Position numbers and translations under genes: made by a program. Positions 38,262 through 48,280 of a stretch of DNA of 64,000 nt are shown here, one piece after another. The first letter of the stretch is position 1. Every line of letters starts with the position of its first letter. The stretch spans positions 4,608 to 68,607 of the forward strand of contig DDPV01000049.1 in NCBI GenBank assembly GCA_002342365.1, written 5' to 3'. The notes below the pieces were generated by a model. It was not told the origin of the DNA and did no database searches. It worked only from the letters and a program-made list of their open reading frames with translations. This DNA is from Burkholderiales bacterium UBA2459 (GTDB taxonomy: Bacteria; Pseudomonadota; Gammaproteobacteria; Burkholderiales; Burkholderiaceae_E).

Positions 38262-38951
38262 ATGCAGGTTGTGTTGGAAAAAGAATACCCGGTTGCTGCG
38301 CCGCTTGATGCAGCCTGGCTGGTGCTTTCGGACGTTCAGGCGCTTGCAAGTTGCATGCCGGGGGCAAGCATCACCGAAAAAGTTGACGACCGTCACTTCA
38401 AGGGCCAGGTCAAAGTCAAAGTAGGGCCGGCGAGCGCCAATTTCGGCGGCGATATCGAACTCAAGGGCCTTGACGCTACCGAGCGCCAAATCCAGATGCT
38501 CGGCAAAGGTGCGGACAAGGGCGGATCGTCAGCGAGCATGGACCTCACCGCCCGTCTCGTGGCGGTTGACGACGCCAGCTGCAAGCTGGTGGGTAAAGCT
38601 GAGGTCACGGTGACTGGGAAATTTGCCCAGTTTGGCGGGCGGATGATGAATTCGGTCTCGGATATGATCCTGGGCCAGTTCGCTCAAAATTTTTCCAACC
38701 GGGCGCAATTGCAGGCGATGCAAAGGCCAGGGCCAGAAGCGGCCGGCACATCCGCATCGTCCGCAAGCTCCGGCACGACGGGTGCTCAGTCCCATACTGA
38801 TGCGCATCACGCAGCTACCAGCGCAAGCGACTCTGCCCTGGCTCCCGCTGGGGCAAACCCGGTTGCACCGAGCCAGGAACTCAATGCGCTAGCGATCGTC
38901 TGGGGCCTAATCAAGCGGTTTTTCGCCGGACTTTTCGGATCGTCGAAATGA
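38262..38951 (+). CDS. SRPBCC / CoxG-like protein with low-complexity linker and hydrophobic C-terminal helix
   Basis: CoxG-type N-terminal ~150 aa (PLDAAWLVLSDVQALASCMPGA). Start at ATG 38262. The ORF-track extension lies antisense to the XdhC gene. Confidence 0.8.
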   Translation: MQVVLEKEYPVAAPLDAAWLVLSDVQALASCMPGASITEKVDDRHFKGQVKVKVGPASANFGGDIELKGLDATERQIQMLGKGADKGGSSASMDLTARLVAVDDASCKLVGKAEVTVTGKFAQFGGRMMNSVSDMILGQFAQNFSNRAQLQAMQRPGPEAAGTSASSASSGTTGAQSHTDAHHAATSASDSALAPAGANPVAPSQELNALAIVWGLIKRFFAGLFGSSK

Positions 38952-39000
38952 TGCAGGCGATGCAAAGTCTGCTGGCTTAAATCTGCGCTGAACTTTTTGC

Positions 39001-40161
39001 ATGGACCATCACGCATACATCGTGGGTGCTTACGAACACCCGACAAGAAAGGCGCCCGATAAGTCGGTTGCACAGCTGCACGCCGAGTCTGCCAAGGGTG
39101 CGCTTGAAGACGCTGGTTTGCGGCTTGAGGACGTTGATGGGTACTTGTGTGCCGGCGATGCGCCCGGACTTGGGCCGCTCAACATGATCGATTACATCGG
39201 CATCAATCCCCGATTCGTCGACAGCACCGACACCGGCGGTTCGTCGTATCTGGTGCACGTCGCCCACGCCGCTCAGGCGATCGCTGCGGGGCGTTGCGAT
39301 GTGGCGCTGATCACGCTTGCGGGTCGTCCCCGATCAGAGGGCTCGAGCGGATTGCTGCCGCGCAACTGGGGTGAGAACCTTCCGGATGCGCCCTTTGAAG
39401 CACCCTTTACCTTTGTGACCGTCAATGCCTATGCGATGGCCGCAATGCGGCATAGGTATGAATTCGGTACCACCCTTGAGCAAATGGCCTGGGTAAAGGT
39501 TGCCGCATCGCATCATGCCCAGCACAACCCGCATGCGATGCTGCCTCAGGTGGTCACGGTGCAGGATGTGATGGAATCGCCCATGATTTCAGATCCCTTG
39601 CGGCGACTCGATTGCTGTGTGGTAAGCGATGGCGGCGGCGCGCTTGTGGTGACCCGGCCGGAAATTGCCCGTTCGCTCAAGCGGCCGCTGGTGCGGGTGA
39701 TCGGAGCCGGTGAAGCCGTCAAAGGACCCGCGGGTGGCTACTTTGACCTGACCTTCAGCGCCGGACGCTGGTCGGGGCAGCGCGCCTTTGAAGCGGCCGG
39801 CGTGAAACCCGCAGACATTCAGTATGCATCGATCTACGACAGTTTTACGATCACCGTCATCATGCAACTGGAAGACCTTGGGTTTTGCGCCAAGGGCGAA
39901 GGGGGGCGATTCGTCTCCGATGGCAACCTGATTTCAGGCGTTGGCAAACTGCCCTGTAATACCGACGGTGGTGGGCTTTGTAACAATCATCCGGCCAACC
40001 GGGGCGGTATCACCAAGGTGATTGAAGCTGTGCGTCAGTTGCGTGGTGAGGCCCATCCCGCGGTTCAGGTCCCGAATTGCCAACTGGCACTGGCCCACGG
40101 GACTGGCGGCACCCTGTCGGGTCGCCATGCTGGGGCAAGCTTGATCATGGAGCGCCTGTGA
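39001..40161 (+). CDS. Thiolase-like (SCP-x / lipid-transfer type) protein
   Basis: 386-aa thiolase fold with an SCP-x-type C-terminal pattern (CNTDGGGLCNNHP, HGTGG). Confidence 0.8.
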   Translation: MDHHAYIVGAYEHPTRKAPDKSVAQLHAESAKGALEDAGLRLEDVDGYLCAGDAPGLGPLNMIDYIGINPRFVDSTDTGGSSYLVHVAHAAQAIAAGRCDVALITLAGRPRSEGSSGLLPRNWGENLPDAPFEAPFTFVTVNAYAMAAMRHRYEFGTTLEQMAWVKVAASHHAQHNPHAMLPQVVTVQDVMESPMISDPLRRLDCCVVSDGGGALVVTRPEIARSLKRPLVRVIGAGEAVKGPAGGYFDLTFSAGRWSGQRAFEAAGVKPADIQYASIYDSFTITVIMQLEDLGFCAKGEGGRFVSDGNLISGVGKLPCNTDGGGLCNNHPANRGGITKVIEAVRQLRGEAHPAVQVPNCQLALAHGTGGTLSGRHAGASLIMERL

Positions 40162-40574
40162 CCTCAAACGAACAACGCGCCATCCCTTACACCGCGCCGC
40201 GCATCCTTGGCGATCAAGCCGCGTTCTGGGAGGCCGCAAAAGAGGGCCGTTTCCTCATCCGGCGTTGCCTGGACTGTGCACGAACCCATTGGTTTCCCCG
40301 TTCGCTTTGCCCTTTTTGCATGGGCGAAACCGCTTGGGAGCAAGCCAGTGGCCGCGGTGAGATTTATACCTACAGCATCACCCGCAAAGCCTTGCCTCAG
40401 CCCTTTGTCATCGCCATCGTGACCCTTGATGAGGGTCCGCGCATGATGACGCATATCGTGGACTGTGATCCGGAGTCTGTACGGATTGGGCAAAAGGTGG
40501 CCTTGGTGTTTAAAGCAAGCGAAGGCGATGGGCCGCCATTGCCAATGTTCAAACCGGTCAACATATCATCCTAG
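40158..40574 (+). CDS. Zn-ribbon/OB-fold protein (DUF35 family)
   Basis: Four-Cys ribbon CLDCARTHWFPRSLCPFC followed by an OB-fold segment. The GTG start overlaps the thiolase stop (GTGA). Confidence 0.8.
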   Translation: MTSNEQRAIPYTAPRILGDQAAFWEAAKEGRFLIRRCLDCARTHWFPRSLCPFCMGETAWEQASGRGEIYTYSITRKALPQPFVIAIVTLDEGPRMMTHIVDCDPESVRIGQKVALVFKASEGDGPPLPMFKPVNISS

Positions 40575-40599
40575 ATCCAAGCCTGAAGGGAGATTCGTC

Positions 40600-41964
40600 A
40601 TGAACCAGCCTGTTGCGGAATTTGCCAACCTTCACCCCGACGTTCGCGGGCTGAACCCCGAGTCCTATTGGCTGCCTTTCACACCAAACCGGCACTTCAA
40701 GGCCTCGCCGCATGCGCGAACGATGGTGTCGGCAAGCGGGCCTTATTACACCAATGCGATTGGTCATCAACTTTTCGACTGCTTATCGGGCATGTGGTGC
40801 AGCCCCTTGGGCCATGCGCATCCGAAAATCGTTGAAGCGGTGACGAAACAGGTCTCGACCCTTGATTACTCGCCTGCTTTTCAATGTGCAGCCCCGCCAA
40901 CGCTCAAGCTTGCCGAAAAGGTGGCGGACATGGCGCCGGTTGGCATGGATCATGTCTTCTTTACCTCTTCGGGCTCTGAAGCGGTAGACACCGCGTTGAA
41001 GATCGCCCATGCCTTTCACCGTTGCAAGGGCGAAGCCACCCGCTTTCGGATGATCGGTCGCGAACGCGGCTACCATGGCGTCGGTTTTGGCGGCATCTCG
41101 GTAGGCGGGATTCCGGCCAACCGCAAAGCCTTTGCATCGCTGATGCTCAACGGGGTGGATCACTTGCCGCACACCCATAAGCTTAGCGAGATGGCATTTT
41201 CAAAAGGCCAACCAATCTGGGGTGCGCATCTGGCTGAGGACCTTGAGCGCATGGTTCTTTTGCACGACGCCTCAAGCATTGCTGCGGTGATTGTGGAACC
41301 GGTACAAGGATCGACTGGCTTGCTGGTGCCGCCGGTGGGCTACTTGCAAAAACTGCGCGAGATTTGCACCCGACACGGGATCTTGTTGATTTTTGACGAG
41401 GTCATCACCGGTTTCGGCCGCTTGGGCACGAGCTTTGCAGCCCAGCGCTTTGATGTGATGCCCGACATGATCACTTTTGCCAAAGCGATCACCAATGGCG
41501 TGATTCCTTTGGGCGGCGTCATCGTTCGCAAAGATATTTACGACGCTTTCATGCATGGGCCGGAGTTTGTGATCGAACTCTTTCACGGCTACACCTACTC
41601 GGGTCATCCGATGGCCACTGCCGTCGGCCTTGCCACCCTTGAGGTCATGAAGCAAGAAGGCCTCATTCAGGCCAGCGCAGCGCTTGAACCGGTGCTTGCC
41701 GACGCGGTCCACAGTCTGCGCGATCTGCCCGAGGTGATCGATATTCGAAACATTGGTTTTGCAGCGGCGATCGACCTCAAGCCGATTGAGGGCAAACCCG
41801 GTTTGCGCGCAACCTCGGTCTTTGAGGCTGGCCTGCGCTCAAATCTGCTGTTGCGATTTACCGGGGACACCATTGCCATGGCGCCCCCGTTTATCAGCGC
41901 TGAAAAACAGGTCCGAGCGATGATTGACTCGTTGCGCCAACTGATTGTGCAAACCCGACCCTGA
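40600..41964 (+). CDS. Class III PLP-dependent omega-aminotransferase (paralog of 6110-7432)
   Basis: [37 protein letters not shown]. Roughly half of the residues match the first copy by eye. Confidence 0.9.
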   Translation: MNQPVAEFANLHPDVRGLNPESYWLPFTPNRHFKASPHARTMVSASGPYYTNAIGHQLFDCLSGMWCSPLGHAHPKIVEAVTKQVSTLDYSPAFQCAAPPTLKLAEKVADMAPVGMDHVFFTSSGSEAVDTALKIAHAFHRCKGEATRFRMIGRERGYHGVGFGGISVGGIPANRKAFASLMLNGVDHLPHTHKLSEMAFSKGQPIWGAHLAEDLERMVLLHDASSIAAVIVEPVQGSTGLLVPPVGYLQKLREICTRHGILLIFDEVITGFGRLGTSFAAQRFDVMPDMITFAKAITNGVIPLGGVIVRKDIYDAFMHGPEFVIELFHGYTYSGHPMATAVGLATLEVMKQEGLIQASAALEPVLADAVHSLRDLPEVIDIRNIGFAAAIDLKPIEGKPGLRATSVFEAGLRSNLLLRFTGDTIAMAPPFISAEKQVRAMIDSLRQLIVQTRP

Positions 41965-41977
41965 GGTGACAACGACA

Positions 41978-43489
41978 ATGAATACGCGACAAAGCACTGC
42001 AACGATTACGCACTGGGTTGACGGCAAGCTCTATCAGGGTCGTTCAAGCCGACATGCGCCGGTCTACAACCCGGCCCTGGGTGCTGTAGCAAACGAGGTT
42101 TCGCTTGCCGATGCGCACGACGTTGACGTCGCGGTGCAATCGGCGTACAAGGCCTTTGCAGTCTGGGCCGACACCTCGGCCTTGCGTCGCGCGCGGGTGA
42201 TGTTCAAATTCAAAGAACTGATTGAAAAGCATCACGATGATCTGGCTGCCTGCATTACCCGCGAGCATGGCAAAGTGTTCAGTGATGCCAAAGGCGAGGT
42301 GGTGCGGGGACTTGAGGTGGTCGAGTTTGCCTGTGGTGCTCCCCAGCTGCTCAAGACTGCGCACAGCGATCATGTGGGCGGTGGAATCGACAACTGGCAC
42401 CTTCGCCAGCCGCTGGGGGTTTGCGTTGGGATCACACCCTTTAATTTCCCCTTCATGGTGCCGCTGTGGATGATTCCGCTTGCGCTGGTGACAGGCAATA
42501 CCTTTGTGCTCAAGCCCTCGGAGCGTGACCCTTCGGCGTCGCTGATGATTGCTGATCTTTTGCATCGGGCAGGCCTACCCGATGGAGTCTTCAATGTTGT
42601 GCAGGGCGACAAAGAGGCGGTTAATGCTTTGTTGCATCACCCGCTTGTTCAAGCGGTCAGTTTCGTCGGATCCACGCCGATTGCCCAATACATCCACCAG
42701 GAAGCGAGTGCGCGCGGCAAGCGTGTACAGGCACTCGGTGGTGCAAAAAACCATCTGGTGGTGATGCCCGATGCCAATCTGGACCAGGCGGTTGATGCCT
42801 TGATCGGTGCAGCCTATGGTTCCGCAGGCGAACGCTGTATGGCGATTTCGGTGGCCGTGGCTGTCGGCGACATCGCCGATTCGCTGGTCGCGGCGCTGGC
42901 CGTTCGTACCAAGGCTCTGGTTGTGAAAGACGGCATGGAAGCGGATGCCGAAATGGGACCCCTGGTCACCGCCCAGCATCGCGCAAAGGTCGAAAGCTAT
43001 GTGGCTCAAGGTCTTGCCGAGGGTGCAAAGCTGATTGTGGACGGACGCGGCATGCGTGTGGCAACCCGTGAGGACGGTTTTTTCCTCGGGGGTTGCCTCT
43101 TTGATCAGGTCAGCGAATCCATGCGCATTTACCAGGAGGAGATCTTCGGTCCGGTGCTTTGCGTGGTTCGTGTGAAGGATTTTGCCCAGGCACTCGAATT
43201 GGTGAATCGTCATGAATTTGGAAACGGTGTCTCAATTTATACATCCGATGGCGGCATTGCCCGCGAGTTCTCAAGGCGTGCTCAGGTCGGTATGATTGGT
43301 ATCAACGTTCCAATTCCTGTTCCCATGGCCTGGCATTCGTTCGGCGGTTGGAAGCGCAGCCTTTTTGGCGACCACCATGCCTATGGTGAGGAAGGCATCC
43401 GCTTTTACACCCGCTATAAGAGCATCATGCAGCGCTGGCCTGAAGCGATTGCCAAGGGCGCTGAGTTTGTGATGCCGACGATGAAGTAG
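41978..43489 (+). CDS. mmsA: CoA-acylating methylmalonate/malonate-semialdehyde dehydrogenase
   Basis: ALDH fold with [11 protein letters not shown] and the catalytic Cys region [10 protein letters not shown]. About 503 aa, which is typical of MmsA. Confidence 0.88.
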   Translation: MNTRQSTATITHWVDGKLYQGRSSRHAPVYNPALGAVANEVSLADAHDVDVAVQSAYKAFAVWADTSALRRARVMFKFKELIEKHHDDLAACITREHGKVFSDAKGEVVRGLEVVEFACGAPQLLKTAHSDHVGGGIDNWHLRQPLGVCVGITPFNFPFMVPLWMIPLALVTGNTFVLKPSERDPSASLMIADLLHRAGLPDGVFNVVQGDKEAVNALLHHPLVQAVSFVGSTPIAQYIHQEASARGKRVQALGGAKNHLVVMPDANLDQAVDALIGAAYGSAGERCMAISVAVAVGDIADSLVAALAVRTKALVVKDGMEADAEMGPLVTAQHRAKVESYVAQGLAEGAKLIVDGRGMRVATREDGFFLGGCLFDQVSESMRIYQEEIFGPVLCVVRVKDFAQALELVNRHEFGNGVSIYTSDGGIAREFSRRAQVGMIGINVPIPVPMAWHSFGGWKRSLFGDHHAYGEEGIRFYTRYKSIMQRWPEAIAKGAEFVMPTMK

Positions 43490-43584
43490 TGTGTTTCCTG
43501 ACCCCGAACTGCAGTCGGTCGGCACCTAAACGATGAATTTTATCAAAAAAAGAACGATCTGGCTTATGCGAATCATCGGCTAGG

Positions 43585-45345
43585 ATGAGTCCATTGACAA
43601 AAGACCCGCAAGCCAGTGGCCTTGAGAGTGAAGCGGGCATTGAGGGTTTGCATCGCGGGCTTGCCCACTACGGCGATCGTGAGTTTTCATTGTTTTTGCG
43701 CAAAGCCTTCATCAAAGGTGCGGGCTTCAGTGACGATGCGCTCGAGCGCCCGGTGATCGGAATCATCAACACCCAAAGCGGCTTTAACCCATGCCATGGC
43801 AATGCACCGCAATTGATTGAGGCCTTGCGTCGTGCCGTGCTGCTCGGTGGCGGTCTTCCGGTTGAATTCCCCACAATTTCGGTTCATGAGAGCTTTTCAA
43901 ATCCCACCTCGATGTACTTGCGCAATTTGATGTCGATAGACACCGAGGAAATGATTCGCGCACAACCGATGGACGCGGTGGTGATGATCGGGGGCTGCGA
44001 CAAGACGGTGCCCGCGCAATTGATGGGGGCATGCTCAGCCGATGTTCCCGCTGTTTCGCTTGTCACCGGTTCGATGCTGACCGGCTCGCACCGCGGCCAG
44101 CGCGTCGGTGCCTGCAGTGATTGCCGGCGCTTTTGGGCGTCTTATCGGGCGCAAGCCATTGATGAGCAAGAGATCAAGGCGGTCAACAATCAGCTGGTTG
44201 CAAGCGTGGGCACCTGCTCGGTCATGGGTACAGCAAGCACCATGGCGATTCTGACCGAGGTGCTTGGGATGATGGTACCCGGCGGGGCCTCAGCGCCTGC
44301 GGTCACCGCTGATCGGATCCGTGTGGCTGAAAACACCGGAAAGCTTGCGATTGAGATCGCCCGGTCGCGGATGCGTCCTGCGCGCGTGCTCAACCAAAAG
44401 TCCATCGACAATGCGCTACGGGTGCTGCTTGCAATCGGCGGCTCAACCAATGCGGTGATTCATCTGAGCGCCGTGGCGGGTCGGCTCGGGCTTGTGGTGC
44501 CGCTTGAGCGGCTCGATGCCCTCGGACGCGAAACGCCGGTGTTGATCGATTTAAAGCCTTCCGGCGATCATTACATGGAAGACTTTCATGCAGCAGGCGG
44601 TGTGCCTGCTTTGTTGGATGCTTTAAGACCTCTGTTGCATTTGGATGCGATGACGCTCAGCGGCCGATGTCTCGGGGAGGTGCTCGATGACCACTTGCAG
44701 CGCCATCCACTTTTTGAGCAGTCCCTGATCCGTCCGCTCCATCGTCCGATTTATCCGGAAGGCGGCATTGCGGTGCTCAAAGGCAATCTTGCGCCTGCAG
44801 GCTGCATCATCAAGCAGTCAGCGGCCTCAGCACATCTGATGGAACACGAAGCGAAAGCTGTGGTTTTCGAAGGTCTGGAGGATCTCGCTCAGCGTATCGA
44901 TGACCCTGAGCTTGAAGTCAGTGCGGAAGATATTTTGGTGCTAAAAAACATTGGCCCCAAGGGCGCACCGGGCATGCCCGAGGCGGGGATGCTGCCGATT
45001 CCGAAAAAGCTTGCCAAAGCCGGTGTGAAAGACATGGTGCGGATTTCGGACGGACGTATGAGTGGTACAGCTTCTGGAACGATTATCTTGCATGTTTCTC
45101 CCGAAGCTGCGATCGGTGGGCCGCTTGCCTGGGTGCAGACCGGCGACCGGATTCGCCTGAGTGTGGCGCGACGCGAATTGTCCTTGCTTGTTGATGCTGA
45201 AACTTTGCAACAACGCATGCTCCAGCAGCCCTTAAAGCCGCCGCAAGCCGATCGGGGCTATCGTCAGCTTTTTTTGCGGGAGGTCCTTCAGGCTGAGGCG
45301 GGCGTGGACTTTGACTTTTTAAGAAAGGCGCCTGAGGGCCTTTGA
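43585..45345 (+). CDS. IlvD/Edd family dehydratase (sugar-acid / dihydroxy-acid type)
   Basis: 586 aa with family segments (GIINTQSGFNPCHG, GGCDKTVPAQLMG, SDGRMSGTASG). Confidence 0.85.
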   Translation: MSPLTKDPQASGLESEAGIEGLHRGLAHYGDREFSLFLRKAFIKGAGFSDDALERPVIGIINTQSGFNPCHGNAPQLIEALRRAVLLGGGLPVEFPTISVHESFSNPTSMYLRNLMSIDTEEMIRAQPMDAVVMIGGCDKTVPAQLMGACSADVPAVSLVTGSMLTGSHRGQRVGACSDCRRFWASYRAQAIDEQEIKAVNNQLVASVGTCSVMGTASTMAILTEVLGMMVPGGASAPAVTADRIRVAENTGKLAIEIARSRMRPARVLNQKSIDNALRVLLAIGGSTNAVIHLSAVAGRLGLVVPLERLDALGRETPVLIDLKPSGDHYMEDFHAAGGVPALLDALRPLLHLDAMTLSGRCLGEVLDDHLQRHPLFEQSLIRPLHRPIYPEGGIAVLKGNLAPAGCIIKQSAASAHLMEHEAKAVVFEGLEDLAQRIDDPELEVSAEDILVLKNIGPKGAPGMPEAGMLPIPKKLAKAGVKDMVRISDGRMSGTASGTIILHVSPEAAIGGPLAWVQTGDRIRLSVARRELSLLVDAETLQQRMLQQPLKPPQADRGYRQLFLREVLQAEAGVDFDFLRKAPEGL

Positions 45346-45422
45346 GATGCTTTTGCGCCAGCCTTGCGTCACCCTTGGAGCAACCTCGAAGCATCCCCGA
45401 AGCGACTTTGAAGCACCCGTGA

Positions 45423-47132
45423 TCACGCGTTTTGTGCCAATCGTTTCCTAAGCTCCGATTTGATGATCTTTCCGTTGGCGTTACGTGGCAGTGTTTCTGC
45501 TTCAAAGCAAATCAGCACCGGAACCTTGAATGCTGCCAGGCGCTCGGCTACCCAGGCTTTGAGACCGACCTCGCTCACCGAGCTGCCGGCTTTGCAATGC
45601 ACGATTGCGACCGGTTCTTCGCCCAGCACCCGATGGGGTCGTCCGATCACCGCAGCATCCATCACAGCCGGGTGCTCATAGAGCGCGCTTTCCACCTCAA
45701 TGCAGTAAATGTTTTCGCCGCCGCGGATCAGAATGTCCTTTTTTCGGTCCACGATGGTGCAAAAGCCCTCCTCATCGAGCGTTGCCAGATCGCCCGTTTT
45801 GACCCAGCCATCGATGAAGGTTTCGGCGGTGGCTTGCGGCTTGTTCCAGTAGCCTTTCACCACATTCGGTCCCCGGGCCCAAAGCTCGCCAATCGTGCCG
45901 ATGGGCAAAGGCTGGCCGGCATCGTCGCAAACCTTCAGCTCACAATTGGGAAGCGCAGGCCCGCAGCTTTCCGGGTGCATTTCGTAGTCTTCTGCGCTGT
46001 GATGGGTGCAGGTTGATGACGTCTCGGTCATGCCCCATCCGGTACCTGCCAGCGCGTGAGGCCATTGATGGCGGATTTGGCGAACCAGCTCGGCTGCGGC
46101 CGGCGCACCACCGTAAGAGACCAGTTCCAGCGAGGAAAGGTCATAGCGGTGGCGCATCGGATGCTCAAGCAGTTGCCAGGCAATCGTCGGTACGCCGCCG
46201 GCACCGGTAATACGCTCGCGCTCGATGAGTTGCATTGCGCGCTCGGCATCCCACTTGTGCATCATGACAATTTTTGTACCTAAAAAGAGCGCCGGACAGA
46301 GGATCGCCTGGCATCCGGTTACGTGAAAAAAAGGTACCGATAAGAGATTCGCCCGTGGCGCTGCCTGAGGGTCGGGTGGCGGGGGTGTTTGCCCGCGCCG
46401 GAAAAAGTTTCGTGCAGCGAGGTGAGCGGCCGACCACACCGAGTTGATGGTGTTTCGGTGTGTGCCCAAGGCGCCTTTGGGGTGACCGGTTGTCCCTGAG
46501 GTATAAAAAATCGTCGCATCATCGTCGGGGTCGATCGCATCGTCGGGGCAGGGTAAATCGGAGAGGTCCTGCCAGGCTTGACTTGGTCCGATAAGCGCAT
46601 CCAGTCCAAGAAACTGATGCTCAAGAGACGGTAACTTGTCGCGCCAGGGCGCGATTCGCTCAAAGCGCTCTGCGTCCACAAAGAGAAGCTTGGAGCCGGA
46701 GTCCTCCAGCGCGTAGTGCAACTCGCGACCGGTCCACCAGGCATTTAAAGGAACCACAATCGCACCGATCAGAAGGCTTGCGAAAAAACAAACCGGCCAT
46801 TGCGGCAAATTGCGCATCGCCAGTGCCACCCTATCACCCCGACTCACCCCGAGTTGCTTCAAATGATGGGCGACATGGATGCTGGCGCGGGAAAAACTCT
46901 CAAAGTCAATGCGCTCGTCCTCGTGCACCAAAAAGGTCTTGCTGCCGTGTTTTCGGCCCTGCAGGAAAACCTCACGGAGGTTACCAGGCGCATGCTTCCA
47001 GACTTTGAGTAGGACACCACGAATCTCACGCTCTTCGATTTCAAGCGGCATGCCGCTTGCGGTGAGCATGCGATTGGCCTCGCTTAGCGATACTGCTGGC
47101 CAGGGCTTGGGGGTCATTTCCGTATCAATCAT
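45423..47132 (-). CDS. AMP-dependent acyl-CoA synthetase/ligase
   Basis: AMP-binding motifs YTSGTTGHPKGA, GWVKTGD, and a conserved C-terminal Lys region (NANGKI). Confidence 0.9.
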   Translation of the reverse strand: MIDTEMTPKPWPAVSLSEANRMLTASGMPLEIEEREIRGVLLKVWKHAPGNLREVFLQGRKHGSKTFLVHEDERIDFESFSRASIHVAHHLKQLGVSRGDRVALAMRNLPQWPVCFFASLLIGAIVVPLNAWWTGRELHYALEDSGSKLLFVDAERFERIAPWRDKLPSLEHQFLGLDALIGPSQAWQDLSDLPCPDDAIDPDDDATIFYTSGTTGHPKGALGTHRNTINSVWSAAHLAARNFFRRGQTPPPPDPQAAPRANLLSVPFFHVTGCQAILCPALFLGTKIVMMHKWDAERAMQLIERERITGAGGVPTIAWQLLEHPMRHRYDLSSLELVSYGGAPAAAELVRQIRHQWPHALAGTGWGMTETSSTCTHHSAEDYEMHPESCGPALPNCELKVCDDAGQPLPIGTIGELWARGPNVVKGYWNKPQATAETFIDGWVKTGDLATLDEEGFCTIVDRKKDILIRGGENIYCIEVESALYEHPAVMDAAVIGRPHRVLGEEPVAIVHCKAGSSVSEVGLKAWVAERLAAFKVPVLICFEAETLPRNANGKIIKSELRKRLAQNA

Positions 47133-47177
47133 GGTTCAGAAGTTACTCCGAAATACCGGCTTGGCAGCTGGGCGGTG

Positions 47178-48161
47178 TTATTGCACAGTCGAGCCAAGCA
47201 GCGCAGGTAGCTGTTCGGTCGCAAGAACGATATCGTCCTGGACCTTCAAAAGCACACCCAGCCCTTGCCTGACCAGCTCATCGCTAAGCGACTCGGCGTT
47301 GAGCACGCAAAGTGCCCGTGCAAAATCAATGCTCTCTGCAACCCCAGGTTTTTTAAAGAGATCAAGGCCGCGCAAGGCTTGCACCAATACAACCACCCGG
47401 GCCCTTAACGCTGCGTCAAGCTCGGGTACCTTGCGGGCAATGATGGCGTCTTCGCGGCCCGCATCCGGGAAATCAACCCATTGGTAAAGGCAGCGGCGCT
47501 TGACCGCATCGTGCAGCTCGCGGGTACGGTTGGAGGTGAGGATCACCAGCGGCGGGTGCAGTGCGCTGATCGTGCCAAGTTCCGGGATCGACATCTGAAA
47601 ATCGGAAAGCAGCTCCAGCAGATAAGCTTCAAAGGCTTCGTCGGTGCGATCGAGTTCGTCGATCAAGAGCACGGGTGCCGCTGTTTGCGCTTCGATGGCC
47701 TGCAATAGCGGTCTGCGCAACAAGAAGCGGGTCTCGTAAAGATCGCTCACCTGCATATCGCCTTGTCGGCCGGTGGACTCAGCCATGCGAATCTCAAGCA
47801 ATTGGCGGGCATGGTCCCACTCGTAGGCTGCCTGAGCCAAATCCATCCCGTCATAGCATTGCAGGCGGATCAGGCGCTTTCCAAGCCAGGACGCTAGGAC
47901 TTTGGCGATTTCAGTTTTTCCGGTTCCCGGTTCGCCTTCAAGCAGCAGCGGCTTGCCTAGACGCAAGGCAAGAAACACGGCACTCGCAAGCCTTCTGTCA
48001 GCCAGGTAATGGTGAGCCTGAAGCGCTGCGAGGGTTTCATCAATGCTCCCGGGAAGGGCTTTGGCTGCTGAAGCCTGCCCGTCGGTTGCTTGGGCCTGCT
48101 CGTCAGTTGCTGAAGCCTGCATATCGGCTGACGAGGCTGTGGTCGTGGCTTCAGATGTCAT
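47178..48161 (-). CDS. MoxR-like AAA+ ATPase (CoxD-type)
   Basis: Walker A LLEGEPGTGKT and Walker B LLIDELDR. Low-complexity Ala/Ser/Thr/Gln N-terminus. Divergent from the Mo-hydroxylase subunit genes. Confidence 0.85.
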   Translation of the reverse strand: MTSEATTTASSADMQASATDEQAQATDGQASAAKALPGSIDETLAALQAHHYLADRRLASAVFLALRLGKPLLLEGEPGTGKTEIAKVLASWLGKRLIRLQCYDGMDLAQAAYEWDHARQLLEIRMAESTGRQGDMQVSDLYETRFLLRRPLLQAIEAQTAAPVLLIDELDRTDEAFEAYLLELLSDFQMSIPELGTISALHPPLVILTSNRTRELHDAVKRRCLYQWVDFPDAGREDAIIARKVPELDAALRARVVVLVQALRGLDLFKKPGVAESIDFARALCVLNAESLSDELVRQGLGVLLKVQDDIVLATEQLPALLGSTVQ

Positions 48162-48280
48162 TGATGTCTCAAGAGCTGTTCAAAACGGCATTATGGACCG
48201 ACCATGGGGGTCATTTGCTGATCCATCTTGGATGTTCAGCTAGCATTCAGCCAGCTTATGGAATATCAAGGAGTTCTGTT

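Noticed and set aside
47178-48161. The MoxR AAA+ ATPase as part of a MoxR-VWA stress or defence pair.
   Set aside because: There is no adjacent VWA-domain gene. Its divergent arrangement with the Mo-enzyme subunit genes fits the CoxD-type maturation role.
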